From Octopus vulgaris (lineage: Eukaryota): a stretch of DNA of 64,000 nucleotides. How positions within the stretch are numbered: the first letter of the stretch is position 1; each line of letters opens with the position of its first letter. The notes beneath the pieces were generated by a model. The model worked only from the letters and a program-made list of their open reading frames with translations. It did no database searches and was not told the DNA's origin. The stretch is taken from assembly GCA_951406725.2 (NCBI GenBank), contig OX597816.1, forward strand, positions 106,888,001 through 106,952,000. The letters are read 5' to 3'. Below, one piece after another: positions 27,191 to 41,370 of this stretch. Position numbers and translations under genes: made by a program.

Positions 27191-28475
27191 AGGGTTGTGA
27201 GATAAATTGTTCGTTTCTTTCCAATCTTATTTGAATTAGCACGAAAAAAATATTTTTAATTCTGTTTTATACTGCTTTGTAAGTCTATTTTTTCTCTCCA
27301 AATTCTCTTTGTCGATTTTTGAAATTTGAATAAGTTTTACTTTTTTCAGACATATGGCAGTAAAATGTCAAGTAAAAAAAAAAAAAGAAAAAGAAAAGTA
27401 AACGAATATTTTTGACACCTGCTTCTCTTCGCTTTCAATCAAACTTTTAAAGGTACCAAAGCCACACGAGATATATTTGTTCTGCGCATAGAGAAGTCAC
27501 TATTTCCGAAAAAAAAAAAAAAAAATACGCACAAAACAGTTTTCACGATCCAAGGAATGGAAAATTCGCATCATAAACACCTTCCGGCTGACTTGATAGT
27601 TCAAAGAGGATCGATTAAAAGAGCTGATCCACGAAGATCCGCACCATTCCACGTGGGAATTGGCTCAGCAGGTAGGATGCTGTCATGATATCGTTAACCG
27701 TCACCATCACTCGGTGGGTAGGGTCCAAAACCTCGATGCATGAGTGCCATAAACTCTGCCAGTTTGCTCGCCCGACCCTAGGCTACTCGTAGACAAACAG
27801 ATTTCTTTACCGCATCGTCACTGGTGAAGAAAAATGGCGTCTTTATATCAATATGAAGCAGAAAAAAAAAAGAATAGTTTCAGTTCCGACAAGCAAGCAA
27901 TACCTCGAGCCAAGCCAGAGCTGCATCCACATAAGACAATGATTTACATTGGAGGGACTGGGAAGGTCTAATCTACTACAAAGTGCTTGAAAACACGGTC
28001 AATGCAGAGCTTTAAGTTCGGCAAATGCACTGGCTCAACAAAGCAATCCTGCTAAAACATCTCGACCGACAATACGGCGAACTTCTTCAACACGATCACG
28101 CTCGCTCCACGTTGCTAATTTAACAAAAAAAAAAAAATATTCAAGTGTTCCGTTGGGAAGTTTTTCTGCACCCGCTGCATTTTCCTGATATAGCACCTTC
28201 AGATTATTATCTTTTTCGGTCATTCTCTAACAGACCGTGAAGCGTTCTTTCAATAACGACATGAAGCTGGAAACGTGCCTCGATGAATCCTTCAAGCCGG
28301 TGCCAGGTGATTTCTACCGTCAAGGTATTGACAAGTTAGTCAAACATTGGCAAGAAGTCATGAACAATGAAGAAGATTATATTATTAGCTGGTTTGTTAA
28401 AATTGTTGATGAAAAATAAGGATTAAAATAAACGGAGGGCTGGGAAGAAACGAACGAATTTATCTAACGACTCAG
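27191..28475 (+). mobile_element. Full-length decayed mariner transposon (transposase pseudogene)
   Basis: TIRs gggttgtgagataaattgttcgtttctttcca / tgggaagaaacgaacgaatttatctaacgactc; remnants FLYRIVTGEEKW, LLQHDHA, WEVFLHPLHFPDIAPSDYYLF; stops and frameshifts. Confidence 0.92.
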
Positions 28476-29089
28476 TTTAAAATATAGACATTTCAACATT
28501 TGAGCGTCCAGTTGTTCGATCAGATAAACAGCCTACTCATTAAAATAACATACAAAGGGGCTGAGTATTCCACAGACACATGTACATACAACGTAATTCT
28601 CAAGTAGATTTAACGTGGCACAGCGTGACAAGGATAGACCATCCGACACGGGCTTTTAGAGATTACATCTACCTAATTTCATAACAAGGCATGGATCAGC
28701 CCGAGATCATATAAAAGGCTTTGCCTAGCATGCCACGTAATAACATTGAACCCGAAAACTCACAGATACAAGGCAAGCTTCTTAGCCATTATTTCAAACC
28801 TTCCATGTGTATATTATGTATGACCTGTATAAACAAATAACCAAAATGTCCTCATATTATTATTGTTCTCGTCAAGATACAGTGGATAAGTATTTGAAAA
28901 AAAAAATACTGAATGGTTATCTTTGTTAAATGTTCTTGTCATGCCTACTTGACATTGGGTTAAGTGACAACAATATGCCAGACATATTCTGAGTCTTAAA
29001 ATGGTGATTATGAAATACTCATGATCACCCACATCTTTATTGGTGTCAAAATAAAATAGAAATAAGAGTCCAAGTGAATATAATGTCAA

Positions 29090-29520
29090 TCTATCAGTGG
29101 TAGAAGAAAGGAAGTGAAACTAAGGTGAAGAAATGCGTCTACTTGGGATAGACAGTAAATACATACTGAGGCAAAAAAAAAACTGAAAGCAAGAGCAGGG
29201 TGGAAGGTTGTTGTGTCGATTAAATATGTGCTCAAAGCACTACTCAACAAGATCCTGTGTGCCAATCTCTTCAATAGCTCCGTTCTACCTGTACTTTTAT
29301 TTGCAATTGAAACGAGGTTATTCGAGAACAGAATGAAGCGAACAATGTTCGCAGAATACCTACAGCACACTTTTCGTTGGGCCAGAAATGTCGCATAGGT
29401 GGATCTGCACAATTGTCGGGTGATATTTAAAACCAGAAAAGACCTCGAAGACATAATTAAAAGAATCGGCTCCAGATGGAAGAGAAGGGTACAACCAATA
29501 GATGGTAAGCACATTGTAAC
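29090..29520 (+). mobile_element. RTE-1-like LINE fragment
   Basis: RAGWKVVVSIKYVLKALLNKILCANLFNSSVLPVLLFAIET matches the post-RT region of RTE elements. Confidence 0.65.
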
Positions 29521-29609
29521 TAGAAAGGTATGAGGGCATCTGATTATCTAGTCGATTGCAAATGCACCGGTTCGACGAGGCAGTCCAGCTGAAACAACCC
29601 GACTGGCAA

Positions 29610-29770
29610 CATATCGTACTTCTTCAACGCGACAACCATCGCCCCACGTTGCTAAATTGACCAGAAATGTTATTCAAGTGCTCGGTTGGGAAGTTCTACC
29701 GCACCGATCGCATTCTCTTGATGCGGTGGCTACGGTAGATTATCATCTTTTTCGGTCACATTCTAACAGC
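29610..29770 (+). mobile_element. Mariner transposase fragment
   Basis: VLLQRDN..PHVAKLTRNVIQVLGWEVLPHRSHSLDAVATVDYHLFRS. Confidence 0.8.
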
Positions 29771-32700
29771 AAAAGACAACCAAGAAATGTGAGGAGGATG
29801 AAGAGGATGGAGAAGATGATGATGATGGTGCGGAGGATTCCCCTCATGATAATAACGAAGCTAACATCAGATTCACAGTTTTCCTTTTTGGAAGTGTAAC
29901 CAGCATTTCATAACAGATTAACGGACGTGGTGTCATAGATAACGGACAACCAACAGGGCCGAGATATAAGAGACACTCCGTACACAGAGGATGTAGTTTT
30001 AAAATAATATGTACTTTTAAAATGATCTCTTATTGTTTTCATTTATAGTTATTTATCTATTATATGTTTTTTTTAATTTTACATAGATATTTTAAGTGTC
30101 TTGTTAATATAACATACCTAACCCATCCTATTTGTTTTTATATAACTCGTCTGTCACATCCCACACGTTCGTTTCATAAACTTTTAGGCTTACCGTTTCA
30201 TATTTTATTTGCATGAGTGAATTACACGAAACTGCCTTCGATGGATAAATATAAATAATTATTCGGTGAATTGGCAGAATCGTTTGATCATCCAACAAAA
30301 AGACTTGCGTTATTTGTTCCGGCTCTTTACCTCCTGTGTTCAAAATCCACCTGCGATTAACATTGCTTTTCATTGTTTCTGGGCCGATAAATAAAGTATC
30401 GTTCATTTAATCAACTAACCCATTACCTCCAAAGTTTCTGGCTTCATGCCTAGGGTTAAAAATGATAATCATTATTCGTAGATGGTAGAATTCGTATTTC
30501 GGGTGTACGCTCTTAGTTCAGATCCAACCGAGGCCAGCTTTGCCATTCATCCTTCGAGGGTGATAAAGTACTAGACAAGTACTAGTATCAGTTGAAGAGA
30601 TGAACACCCTCACCCAAGATTTCTGGTTGGAAACGATTGATTAATAATAATAATTATTATTATTATTGGTCGATGGCAAAGTCAGTAGGGAGGTGTACAA
30701 AATACTTTGCAGTATTAACTTACAAGCTGTTTTAATAGCCACAAGGCCGACTTCGCCTTTCGTATTTAAGGAATATGTACCAGACACGTACAAGGCAGGA
30801 TAAAATGAATAATACGATAACACACTCCCTTATAATCTGTATCTTCCTGTTAAAAAATCATCATCATTATCATCATTATTGTCTGTTACTGTTTAAAGAT
30901 CTGTATTAAAATCACCCCAGGCAGGTAAATTTTATATATTTTTACGTTAAATTTGTATATGTTATTATATTAAAGGAGAGGAGAGGAAATTGGGATCGTT
31001 TTTAGGGGAGAAATGTATTATTTGTTATTTTTTTCTGGTTTCACGGCAACAATTATTTTCAATATAGCTACGGTGGTGACGTCGAGGAACGACTTCCTGA
31101 ATAGAAATTGTGAATTTCGTCCTTTGAAGGATGAAGAAAATACACGCATTTTGTTTATTGGGAACATTTGCCAAAATAACATTGGATAACACGAATAACT
31201 TCGACAAAAACACTAATATGAACATCGTTAAAACACACACAAAAAAAAAATATATATATAGATATCCGCTAACTCACATGAAAGCAGCAGTGACTGTCGT
31301 AAAACTGAAACGGAAACAGAAATTAGCAACAGTAGTAAAAAAGAGCAACAGTGGGGGAAACATACTTGTACAAGTTGTAGTTAGACGCGCATATCTAGAC
31401 ATGATGGTAGAAATGGAAGCGATACGATCACAGGTCAACAGAGTCATGGAAGAGGTACAGCTGTAAGGAACAGTGAATGGAAAAGGCCCGGCCTTAGGCC
31501 ACCAGAGAAATGGAGGAGATACGGCCTTAAGTCAGTAGAGTAGGTCAAGAAGGAAATGGAAATACTCTGTAACCTCCTTAGAAGAGACTTCGGAGACATT
31601 AAGTATCTCAGATCACATTAACCGTATCAGGTGGCTAGATGTCTCTTTTATCCTAGTGAATATAATTTATAAATCTGGAGAACTAACGAGAAAAAAGTGC
31701 CATTGAGTTACGGCTGCTAGCACTTCTTCACAAACAAAAACACAAAACAAAACAAAATACTCGTGGTAATGAAGTTTACGACAACATTAGGAAAATACAG
31801 ATCCTTAGTTTCTTGTAGTCTTCGTCAAGGATTTTAGCGATATTTAGCATGGACAAATCTGAAGGCTTGTTCATATATTTCTAAATGATGATGACACCAG
31901 AGTAGTAACGGGACATCTCGGATAAATTTTCCACTGAATGAAATCAAGGCAAGAAATTTCACGTTGTTGGATAATAGAAAACCTGGTGAAGAGGACATCA
32001 TTTCGGGATCTTCTTTCCTTTCCCTAAGACAACAGTAAAACAACAAGGAATAGCAACAATGTGATAAAAAAAAAAAGATGCTGGGTGCAGTAATGTGTAC
32101 AATGGCGGAATATGTACAAACGCTACCTGCATCTCTGAAGTTCAAAACCTAGGTCAACCTTCACTAAAACAAATCAAAAAGTCAGTCCAGTCATTTTAGG
32201 GATTCCGAGGGCTACATTTTTTAATGTACTATTTCAAATCTCAACCTGGCCTCTTAAGAAAATAAAGACTCATTAAATAATGTAGTCCTACAAATAATGT
32301 TTGGAAATAAGAGTAGATGGCCATAACTGGATCTCCTTTAATCATGATTCTACAAGATGGAGATTAACCTTGGGTTAAACAATAACAACAAAATCCACCC
32401 TTGCTTTCCATCTGGGGGTAGCAGATTGCACGAAAGAGAGCGTCCTGAAAGAAACTAGCTATGAAGAGAATATTCTACACTGCACTAATGGAGGGAAAAA
32501 AAATCTGGTGACTATGGATAATTTTCTTGGCTTGGTTTTGCTACAGGTATACGTTCAACCTACTAGAAATAGTAACAGAAATACCATCAGATCACAAACA
32601 AACACACTTGACTGACTTTTAAAAAAGGACACATTGGAAAACCTGATTAGTCTTACGTATACGAAAAGAAAAGGCGATATGGTCATAGATGGAGTGTTTT

Positions 32701-32800
32701 TATAGATCATAGGTCTGCGCGATCACAGCTGACCTAGAGGCTGAACAAAAACAACCGCAACAAAAACAATAACGACAACTTCAAACATCAATTATTGTTG

Positions 32801-32876
<76 letters not shown>

Positions 32877-33265
32877 CATTACTATGTTTAACAAAACTGA
32901 ACAATGAATCCAAAATGTTGCTGGCTGAATGAATATTTGATAGTTGAATAGATTGCAACAAATGTACAAAACAAAAACAAAAACAAAAACACAAAACAAA
33001 AAACAAACAAAAAAACAAACGAAAACAAGAACAGCGATGCGAAGCGTAGTTTTCTTTAAATGGCCGCCACATTGGTGTTCTGGTAAATCTGTTGATAATG
33101 TCATTTGCCGAATCGGCGAATATAAACCAACCAATGGGTTTGTATCCTGAGAGCTGTTTCGATTATGGTAGAGATGAAACAATTTACAAGCGAATGACTT
33201 CCTCCGTAAAGATGAAAAGAATTCATTAGTCGTAGGAGAAAAAAACACATAATTATATATTCATA

Positions 33266-33321
<56 letters not shown>

Positions 33322-33450
33322 TGTATGTATATATTTATGTATATGGGGGTGTATGTATATACATATGTGCGCAGTCATATTCAGCCACCCACACCACACA
33401 CATGTATAAATACAATTATAAGTGTATATATATATATATGTGTGTGTGTG

Positions 33451-33510
<60 letters not shown>

Positions 33511-33573
33511 GTGCGTGCGAGTATATATATATAGTGAGTATATATATATACTTACGTATATATAGATACATAT

Positions 33574-33633
<60 letters not shown>

Positions 33634-33634
33634 G

Positions 33635-33694
<60 letters not shown>

Positions 33695-34384
33695 CGTATA
33701 AAATTATATATGCTCACACACACACGCACATAGACATACATATACATTCTATGGTGTTGTCGTTATCATCATCATCATTATCATCATCATCATTATCATC
33801 AAATGTCATAAATTAAATGAAGAGACAGTCAGACAAAGAGCTATTGTTGTATATATTAATATACGTATATACATACATTAATATCTCATGCGGAATGAAT
33901 GTCTCTCTGGTCACAGCATAGCAGCGGGACTAACTAATTGTGCATCCATCATCAGTGGAGAATGTGAAAGACCATCGTACGAGAATTCATTATTTATATA
34001 CACTACCATGACGGAATACCGAAAGGTAAGGAGGGAGAACGAAATTCGAGCGGTATTTTTTGGTCATGTATGTGTGTGTGTGTGTGTGGTGTATTTATAT
34101 ATAGATGTATACACAAATATGGACTCACAGTACCTCGAGTTTCCCAGCAAGCTATGGGCATGGAATTATCCAACTACCGATCAGTCGTCAATGTATTTGC
34201 CACCGCTTATCAGTTGTGAAACCATTACATGAAAAATAGGCAGTCTTTTTTTTTATTCATGTTTTTTTTTTCTGTTGATAAAATTAATTTTTTGAGTTGA
34301 TAAAATTAATAGGAATTAACAATTCGTGAAAATTAATAAAAAGTATTTGCAAGTAGTATAAAAGTTCATGTGGCTGGAAATCAA

Positions 34385-35390
34385 AATCTGAGAATGTACG
34401 TGATAGTGTGCGGCTATTTCCCCCAAATTTTGCTTTTGGCATTTAAACAAAGTAGTAGGATCCAGTGAGCTTTTCAGAATAAGCTACCTTTCTACATTAC
34501 AAAGCTTGCACCATTGGTGTAAGGTTTGTATCTTTTTAATGTCTTCCATGGAATGGTTGATGAACCTCGCTTTCAAATCCAAAATATAGCAGGGGAAGGC
34601 TGTGTTATGATCAGTTTCAACAGGAAGACATTTGGTTATTGAATCTTGCTTTAAAAGTACCTTCTGTATAATCTATGTACCTCTTAATGCTGGCGGTGCT
34701 ATTTGTATTAGCTAATCTGGCTGACGCTTCATATATTATAGCCTCAATGTTACTGGTTCCATCCGGTGGCACAATTCTCTCTTTCTAGAGGCATATAAGG
34801 TTCATCTTGGAGGCTTATAGTTATACACAATCATATTTTTGTAGCTGAGATGGGGAGGGGCACCGGTAGAACTAAAAGTAATCTCCAAGCTAAGAGTACT
34901 GAAATGTTTCCTATATTTGTGATTAGCAGGGAAGTGTTTATCTATTAACGTTAGGAAGATTTTTGTCTAAGTTGGTTGCAACGTCTGTAGAATAAGGGAG
35001 TGATGGTGAAACAGATAACGTTCCGACACCTATTTCTTCTACGTGGTTCTGTGGTTATACCTAAGTTTGTTCTACAAGCTGTTTGTTTTCAGAGTGTCAT
35101 TATAAAAGGGGAAAGAGCTATTTTGTCAAAACTTTCCTTAATGGAGGAGAAGTTGGAGATTCTTTTGTTAATACTTATAACTAAGTTTTTAGAGATTATA
35201 AGGGTGATAGTAGGATATTACTTTAATCTATGGCAGCTCGTCGTTCGACTTCCTCTAAAGTTGCTAATCAAGTCTAGTGGCGATTCTAGGAAATTGATTA
35301 CTGTTATATTTGTGTCCATAGTGTTCTCTAGGCCGAAGGACCTGAAAACTTTGCAAGGATGTTCGAAAATACGATATAAACATTAAGTGG
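34385..35390 (-). mobile_element. Decayed Penelope-like element (RT C-terminus to GIY-YIG)
   Basis: Minus fragments MDTNITVINFL, KNLVISINKRISNFSSIKESFDKIA, IFLTLIDKHFPANHKYRK, IIYEAS..RYIDYTEGTFKARFNN, CKLCNVER. Confidence 0.85.
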
Positions 35391-35426
35391 TAAAATACAC
35401 CTAAGAAATAAGCATAATATTAATAA

Positions 35427-35648
35427 TCCTTTCTACTAAAGGTACAAGGTCTAAAATTTGGGTGGTGGAGATAGTTGATTACATCGATCCCAGTGCTCAG
35501 CTGGTACTTATTTTATGAACCCCGAAAGGATGAAAGGCAAAGTCGGCCTAGATGGTATTTGAACTCAGAGCGTAAAGAAGGACGATATGCCCGAAAGTAT
35601 TTTGCTCGGTGTGCTAACGAGCTAACGACTGTGCCAGCTCACCGCCTG
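35427..35648 (-). mobile_element. SINE family A
   Basis: Reverse complement of the family A consensus. Confidence 0.85.
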
Positions 35649-35670
35649 TTTAAGAATATGGACATTAGAA

Positions 35671-36035
35671 ACAAGAGCTCTGAGAGGGCGCCAACCTCCA
35701 CCAAAGCAACACCAACGTCCACTCAACGATTAGCCAGAGTCGATTTTTAAAATGAGAATATCTGAAATAAACTCGACTCCTTTCACAAACAAGAATACTA
35801 AAAATGAACCCGACCGCTCTCAAAAATCAAGTAAAAAAAAACAAAATAAAAAACAGAAAGGAAAAATAATCCAGAATCCTTGTCCGGTATCAGATCGATC
35901 CCAAAATCTAATCAGTTCGTGTCAGTCAGAGGGTCAAACATCCACCGGTTCTTGAGATATCTTGTCCAAAAACAAACAAACAAACAAACAAACACAACTG
36001 AAAACAATACCTCCGCCTTCGCTAAGGCAGAGGTA
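35671..36035 (+). mobile_element. Non-autonomous Helentron/HINE-like element
   Basis: 5' acaagagc...acctccaccaa, internal (AAAC)n, 3' hairpin acctccgcctt-cgct-aaggcagaggt whose arm is inverted to the 5' motif. Confidence 0.6.
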
Positions 36036-36591
36036 ATAATAAAGGCGGCGAGTTGGTAGTCCGTTACTACATTGGACAAAATGCTGAGTGGATTTACGTT
36101 CTGAGTTCAAATGCCGCGAGGGTTGATTTTGCTTTCTATTCGTCTGGGGGTCGATAAAATAAATACCAGTCGCTGTTATCGATTAGTTTCGTCCCACAAA
36201 GCTTTAGGCCTTGCGCCTATAACAGAATGGATATTAGAATCATTAGCTCGCAAGTATTTCTTTCTGCAAAGAATTTTAGTAGAGATTTTATTGAGCATCA
36301 AAGTTTATTATCATTCTGAGTAATAAATATTTCTAATATATAGCGACATAATACCTCAATATTATTTAGACCTTGAATGGATGAAAGGAAAAAGTTGATC
36401 TCTGCAGGATTCGAACTCAGAACATGTGCAAATACCCGAGGGATTTTTTCGACGATGAACCAATTCTGCCAATCTATCCACCTACGTTTACAGCAATTGA
36501 TATACTTAAAATAATGGACGTAAACTAAATGGACACTGGAACATCAATAACTGTTTGATACGTTAAAATGCATTTAAATATCTAGCAATAC

Positions 36592-36677
<86 letters not shown>

Positions 36678-36708
36678 GTGTGCGTGTGAGTGCATGTATG
36701 TATGTATG

Positions 36709-36739
<31 letters not shown>

Positions 36740-36799
36740 GCGTGTATATATGTGGGTCAAGTTACTATTAGTTTTACTGGTAACATTTAACCCAATACA

Positions 36800-37370
36800 A
36801 CTTGTTGCATGGTCGGGCCGTCGGCGATTAAACCGACAACCTTCCTAAGCTTGCTTGGTAAAGTAGTCGGTTTTTATTAGACATCCTGCAGGACGAAAAG
36901 CAAAATCTTGTCAAAGGGCGAATGAACGCAGTATAGTTAATAGCCGTCCAACCGCTGAAAGTGAGAGATTACTAGTTTTATTTAAACATTTCTCTAGAAG
37001 GAAACTCGGATGTAACTGCGATTTCATTTGCATCCAGTGATGTAGACTAATTCTTTTTGAGCAAAAGCATACGTTGTTTAGAAAGCAGGATTGGCCCTGT
37101 GAAAGGCCATTCTTCATTTTCAAAGCTTCAGGCATTGCTTCCTCTTTTAACATCTCTATTATGTATTGTATATCATGGCTGATCGTAACCGAAAAAGGCA
37201 AAACATTTAATGAAAATTTCCATGATGGAATCAAATGATATGTCAGTATGGGTAGTATGTTATGTAAACATCTACAGCAAGAGGCGTCCATCTGTGCCAC
37301 ATTTTTGTAAGTGGCCTCTTTAAGAGACCAATGAAGTGATGGCATTGTTCGAAATTATGTTGCAGCCATC
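36800..37370 (-). mobile_element. Possible CRE-like non-LTR remnant between (TATG)n tracts
   Basis: Weak resemblance of QMDASCCRCLHNIL, SLSAVGRLL and ADGPT to CRE post-RT and endonuclease motifs. Confidence 0.3.
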
Positions 37371-37451
37371 ATGTATGTATGTATGTATGTATGTATGTAT
37401 GTATGTATGTATGTATGTATGTATGTATGTATGTATGTATGTGTGTGTGTA

Positions 37452-37820
37452 CATACTCTTCTGTTTCTAATTTTTTAAATTCTTCCTCTTAGGAAGGAGC
37501 TGGTTTCCAACTGTTACACAAAGCTCCGTCGGTGGAATATAGATAACAAAAACATTGTCACACTTGAAACTTGAGAAAAGTTTTGCGCATTTTTACTGTT
37601 TCACTTACAGATTGTATTTGTAACGTGCGAGTTCTTTTTTTGTCTGAAAACCCTAGCTTATTCAGATTGTCACTTAGGCATTTTTTCCACAAAGCTAAGT
37701 GCATAAGCGTGAGTTTATAATCTGGATATAGGAGCCGGGAGGTTTCGAATCAGTTGTCCATAGTTATCTCTTTCTTTTTGATTTTCAAAGAGTATTCAAA
37801 TAAGCAGGACAACTGACTTC
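37452..37820 (-). mobile_element. R4/Dong-like element 3' end
   Basis: Homologous to 17180-17550 including the 3'UTR hairpin. Confidence 0.8.
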
Positions 37821-37955
37821 ATACGTACGTACATACATACGTACGTACGTACGTACATACATACATACATACATACATACATACATACATACATACATAC
37901 ATACATACATACGTGCGCGCACATACACATACACACACACACTCACACACACACG

Positions 37956-37987
<32 letters not shown>

Positions 37988-38515
37988 CATACATATATAC
38001 ACACACACATTACCTTGTAAGGGTAATATTGCCCAATTTTTCTGCTGTTTTAACGGCGATACTGCGTTCGAAACTATCACCTTCATGTCTGCATCGTACG
38101 ATACACATTCGACGCTTCTAAAAAACAAATATAATCTTGTTTCTATACACAAGTGGTTGTTTTGAAAAACAACTAGTTTCTGATTGAGATCTATGTAGTA
38201 ATAGTACTGGATAGTGAAGTTTATTTGCCAACAGAACGTGGCAGTCCTGACTAAGACTATGTTACTACTTTTTAACCCCAAGGAAACATCTTTTCCAGCT
38301 GGTTTGTCTTTGTCCTGTGTATGCGTGTATATACGTGACTCTGTGTGTAACAATTTTAGAGTCCATTCGCTATAGCTCATTATATTTAATTATATTATTA
38401 CACTGAATATAAGTATTGCTTTTTTTATATTCTTAGGGCTTTATGTTCAAAATGCTTTACACAAAGGAAATATTTGCCTAATATTTGCCTGATGCTATTT
38501 CTCACACGTATATTG

Positions 38516-38592
<77 letters not shown>

Positions 38593-38934
38593 AAGAGTGT
38601 GTGTGTGTATTTGTGTATGTGAGAATATGTATGTCTGTGAGAATGTGTACGCGTATTTACTGAAACAAAGTTACTTAGAAGAAATGGTCTTAGTCAACTA
38701 CTTATTGTCAATAAAACCAATTTCATGTTTCTATTACAGCCGAGATATAGAAGATTAAGAGTGATGAGACTACATGAGCTGAGGCTATCATTGCTACTAT
38801 TACTACTAGCATCGTAGTAGTAATAGTAGCAGGAACAGTAGTAGTAGTAGCAGCAGCAGCAGTATGTGTATATGTATGTGTGTATGTATGTATGTATGTA
38901 TGTATGTATGTATGTATGTATGTATGCATGTATG

Positions 38935-39830
38935 TTTCTTCTATATTTTAATTATTATAAATCTTCCACTGAGGAGGGAGCCGTTTTCCAACTAAGGTAC
39001 AAAGCTCCACCTTTGGGATGTGTTCAACATAGACAAATTTACATTTGGAACTTGAGAAAAGTCTTGCATATTTTTTACTGTTCCACTCACAAATTGGACT
39101 TGTAATGTACGAATCAGCCGGTCAAATTCTTTTTCAGAAAATCCCAGTTTATCCAGATTCTCCTTTAAGCATTTACTAACGAAACCGAGTGCTCCAATTA
39201 TTATTGGTATGGATATGAATTAATAGTATGGGTATAGAAGCTGGAGGTTTCGAAGCAATTATCCATAGATATCCTCTTTTTCTTTTATTTTCAAAGAGAT
39301 ATTTGTATCTGCAGGGTAGCTAACCTCTATGATGGTACATACCTTTACCTCTCTGTCCTAAACTAACAATATCCGGCCTGTTATGCTTACATTTACAGAC
39401 ATTTTAATGAGAATACTCCACCAGCATTCCTTGTGTTGGTGTTTATGAATGTATTCCATAAGAGATGGATTTTCTAAGTTTATTTCAGGAGAATCATTTT
39501 CCGGAAGGCTTTGTAAATGGTTTTAGCAAGAACATTGTGCCGCATAGGGAGGTAGTACCGTGACGACATTTTAGGACAGCTGCTAATGACATGTGTAATG
39601 TCTTCCACAGAAACATGACATAGTTTACACATGTGGTTTCACCTTGGGATTACAAGATCGTCATTGCCTCTTTTGTTCACCAGGTGCATTGTGGCAATCT
39701 CCTGTTCCTGGATTGCAAACGCATAGCCTTCAAAGTGTGATGTGATGTGGTCTTCTGTCCAAGAGAGGTTGCGCTTCGTGTCAATTCTACTGTCTTCTTC
39801 AAGCCTCCGCTCAACATACCCTTGCATCAT
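38935..39830 (-). mobile_element. R4/Dong-like element 3' part
   Basis: ITSHFEGYAFAIQEQEIAT, CKLCHVSVEDITHVISSCPKMSSRYYLPMRHN; closely similar to 16620-17550. Confidence 0.9.
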
Positions 39831-39907
39831 CTTTTTTTATGTATGCTAAGTGCTTTCCATCCAAATCTTCTCTGAGGTAAATGACTGAAACAAGTAAAAG
39901 AATAAAA

Positions 39908-39952
<45 letters not shown>

Positions 39953-40291
39953 ATCAGCTCGGCAACTTTCAATTACTGCCGACTGAAACTGCGCTTGCGC
40001 GGTGAATTTGAACATTTAGAACATATAATGATGCGACACGTGTTATTTGTCTCTAAATTATATGTTAATGTTATGGCGCGGTTACTGATGAGAATTTCGC
40101 CTGGCAAATTATTTATTTGCTAAAAAATTTTGAATCCCAGGTATAACCGTAAAAAAAAATAAGAAGGTAAAAGATTTTATTTTTCATTCGCTTCCAAGTT
40201 TCTCTTAAATGTGGTTTCGGTCGTTTTGACTGCTTTTTCTAGCGTGTAAAGTTACCTGTTAAAGGTAGTTTCTCTTGTGTTTAAATGTACA

Positions 40292-40348
<57 letters not shown>

Positions 40349-40350
<2 letters not shown>

Positions 40351-40755
40351 CGCAGGAGTGGCTGTTTGGTAAGTAGCTTGCTAACCAACCACATGGTTCC
40401 GGGTTCAGTCCCACTGCGTGGCATCTTGGGCAAGTGTATTCTGCTATAGCCCCGGGCCGACCAATGCCTTGTGAGTGGATTTGGTAGACGGAAACTGAAA
40501 GAAGCCTGTCGTATATATGTATATATATATATAAGTGTGTGTGAATATGTTTGTGTGTCTGTGTTTGTTCCCCTAGCATTGCTTGACAACCGATGCTGGT
40601 GTGTTTACGTCCCCGTCACTTAGCGGTTCGGCAAAAGAGACCGATAGAATAAGTACTGGGCTTACAAAGAATAAGTACCGGGGTCGATTTGCTCGACTAA
40701 AGGCGGTGCTCCAGCATGGCCGCAGTCAAATGACTGAAACAAGTAAAACAAACAA

Positions 40756-40760
<5 letters not shown>
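40349..40760 (+). mobile_element. SINE family B, full-length, in (TA)n; further copies 9000-9190(-), 43138-43270, 45290-45630(-), 63485-63768
   Basis: A box tggctgtttgg, B box ggttcagtcc, CORE-like cttgggcaagtg, tail gactgaaacaagtaaaa. Confidence 0.92.
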
Positions 40761-40814
<54 letters not shown>

Positions 40815-41011
40815 TGAATGAATTATCCTATGTTTACCGTCAACATGGAAAATTCGATGAACCGGTACCAGGGTAGCAAATTCACGTCAGAAACACGGTT
40901 GAAGCAACCTGTCCAAGGGTAGAAACTCCGGGTTCATGTGCAGAAATTTGTGTGTTATATATGAATAAATAAATGAATGGAGTTGAACGCAGATGTTAAC
41001 AAAATTCCTTT

Positions 41012-41095
41012 ACTCTCGACATATGTTTCGAAGACAACATGGTTTCATTCTAAAGGAATAAATGGTGCAAGATGCAATCTTCTCATCAGGAAAGA
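41012..41095 (-). ncRNA. PLE type I hammerhead ribozyme, stem III CATATG, extended stem II
   Basis: ctttc CTGATGA gaagattgcat...atgttgtcttc GAAA CATATG TC gagag. Confidence 0.88.
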
Positions 41096-41370
41096 AATGG
41101 AGCCTCTCTCAACAACAAGACAAACAAAAATTGCGATGACTGCCTACATGGTAAGCAAAACGATAATAAGTGTTTTAAAAAAACCGTTAGTAGAATTGAC
41201 GTCAAAGTGAGATAGTAGGAAGAGAAGGGTTAAAGGAATAATAGGTGGGGAATAAGTGGAGAGGGAAGGGTACGTTGATTAAAAGAATGTTCAAAGGCTG
41301 AGGAAAGAATTTCGCTATTGAAGTGGAGTGCACGTTAAGCTAATTGTTCAAACCACAATGACTATCGTAA

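Noticed and set aside
31131-31700. 111-aa ORF with coiled-coil-like end
   Set aside because: No recognisable domain; possibly a decayed retroelement ORF1.
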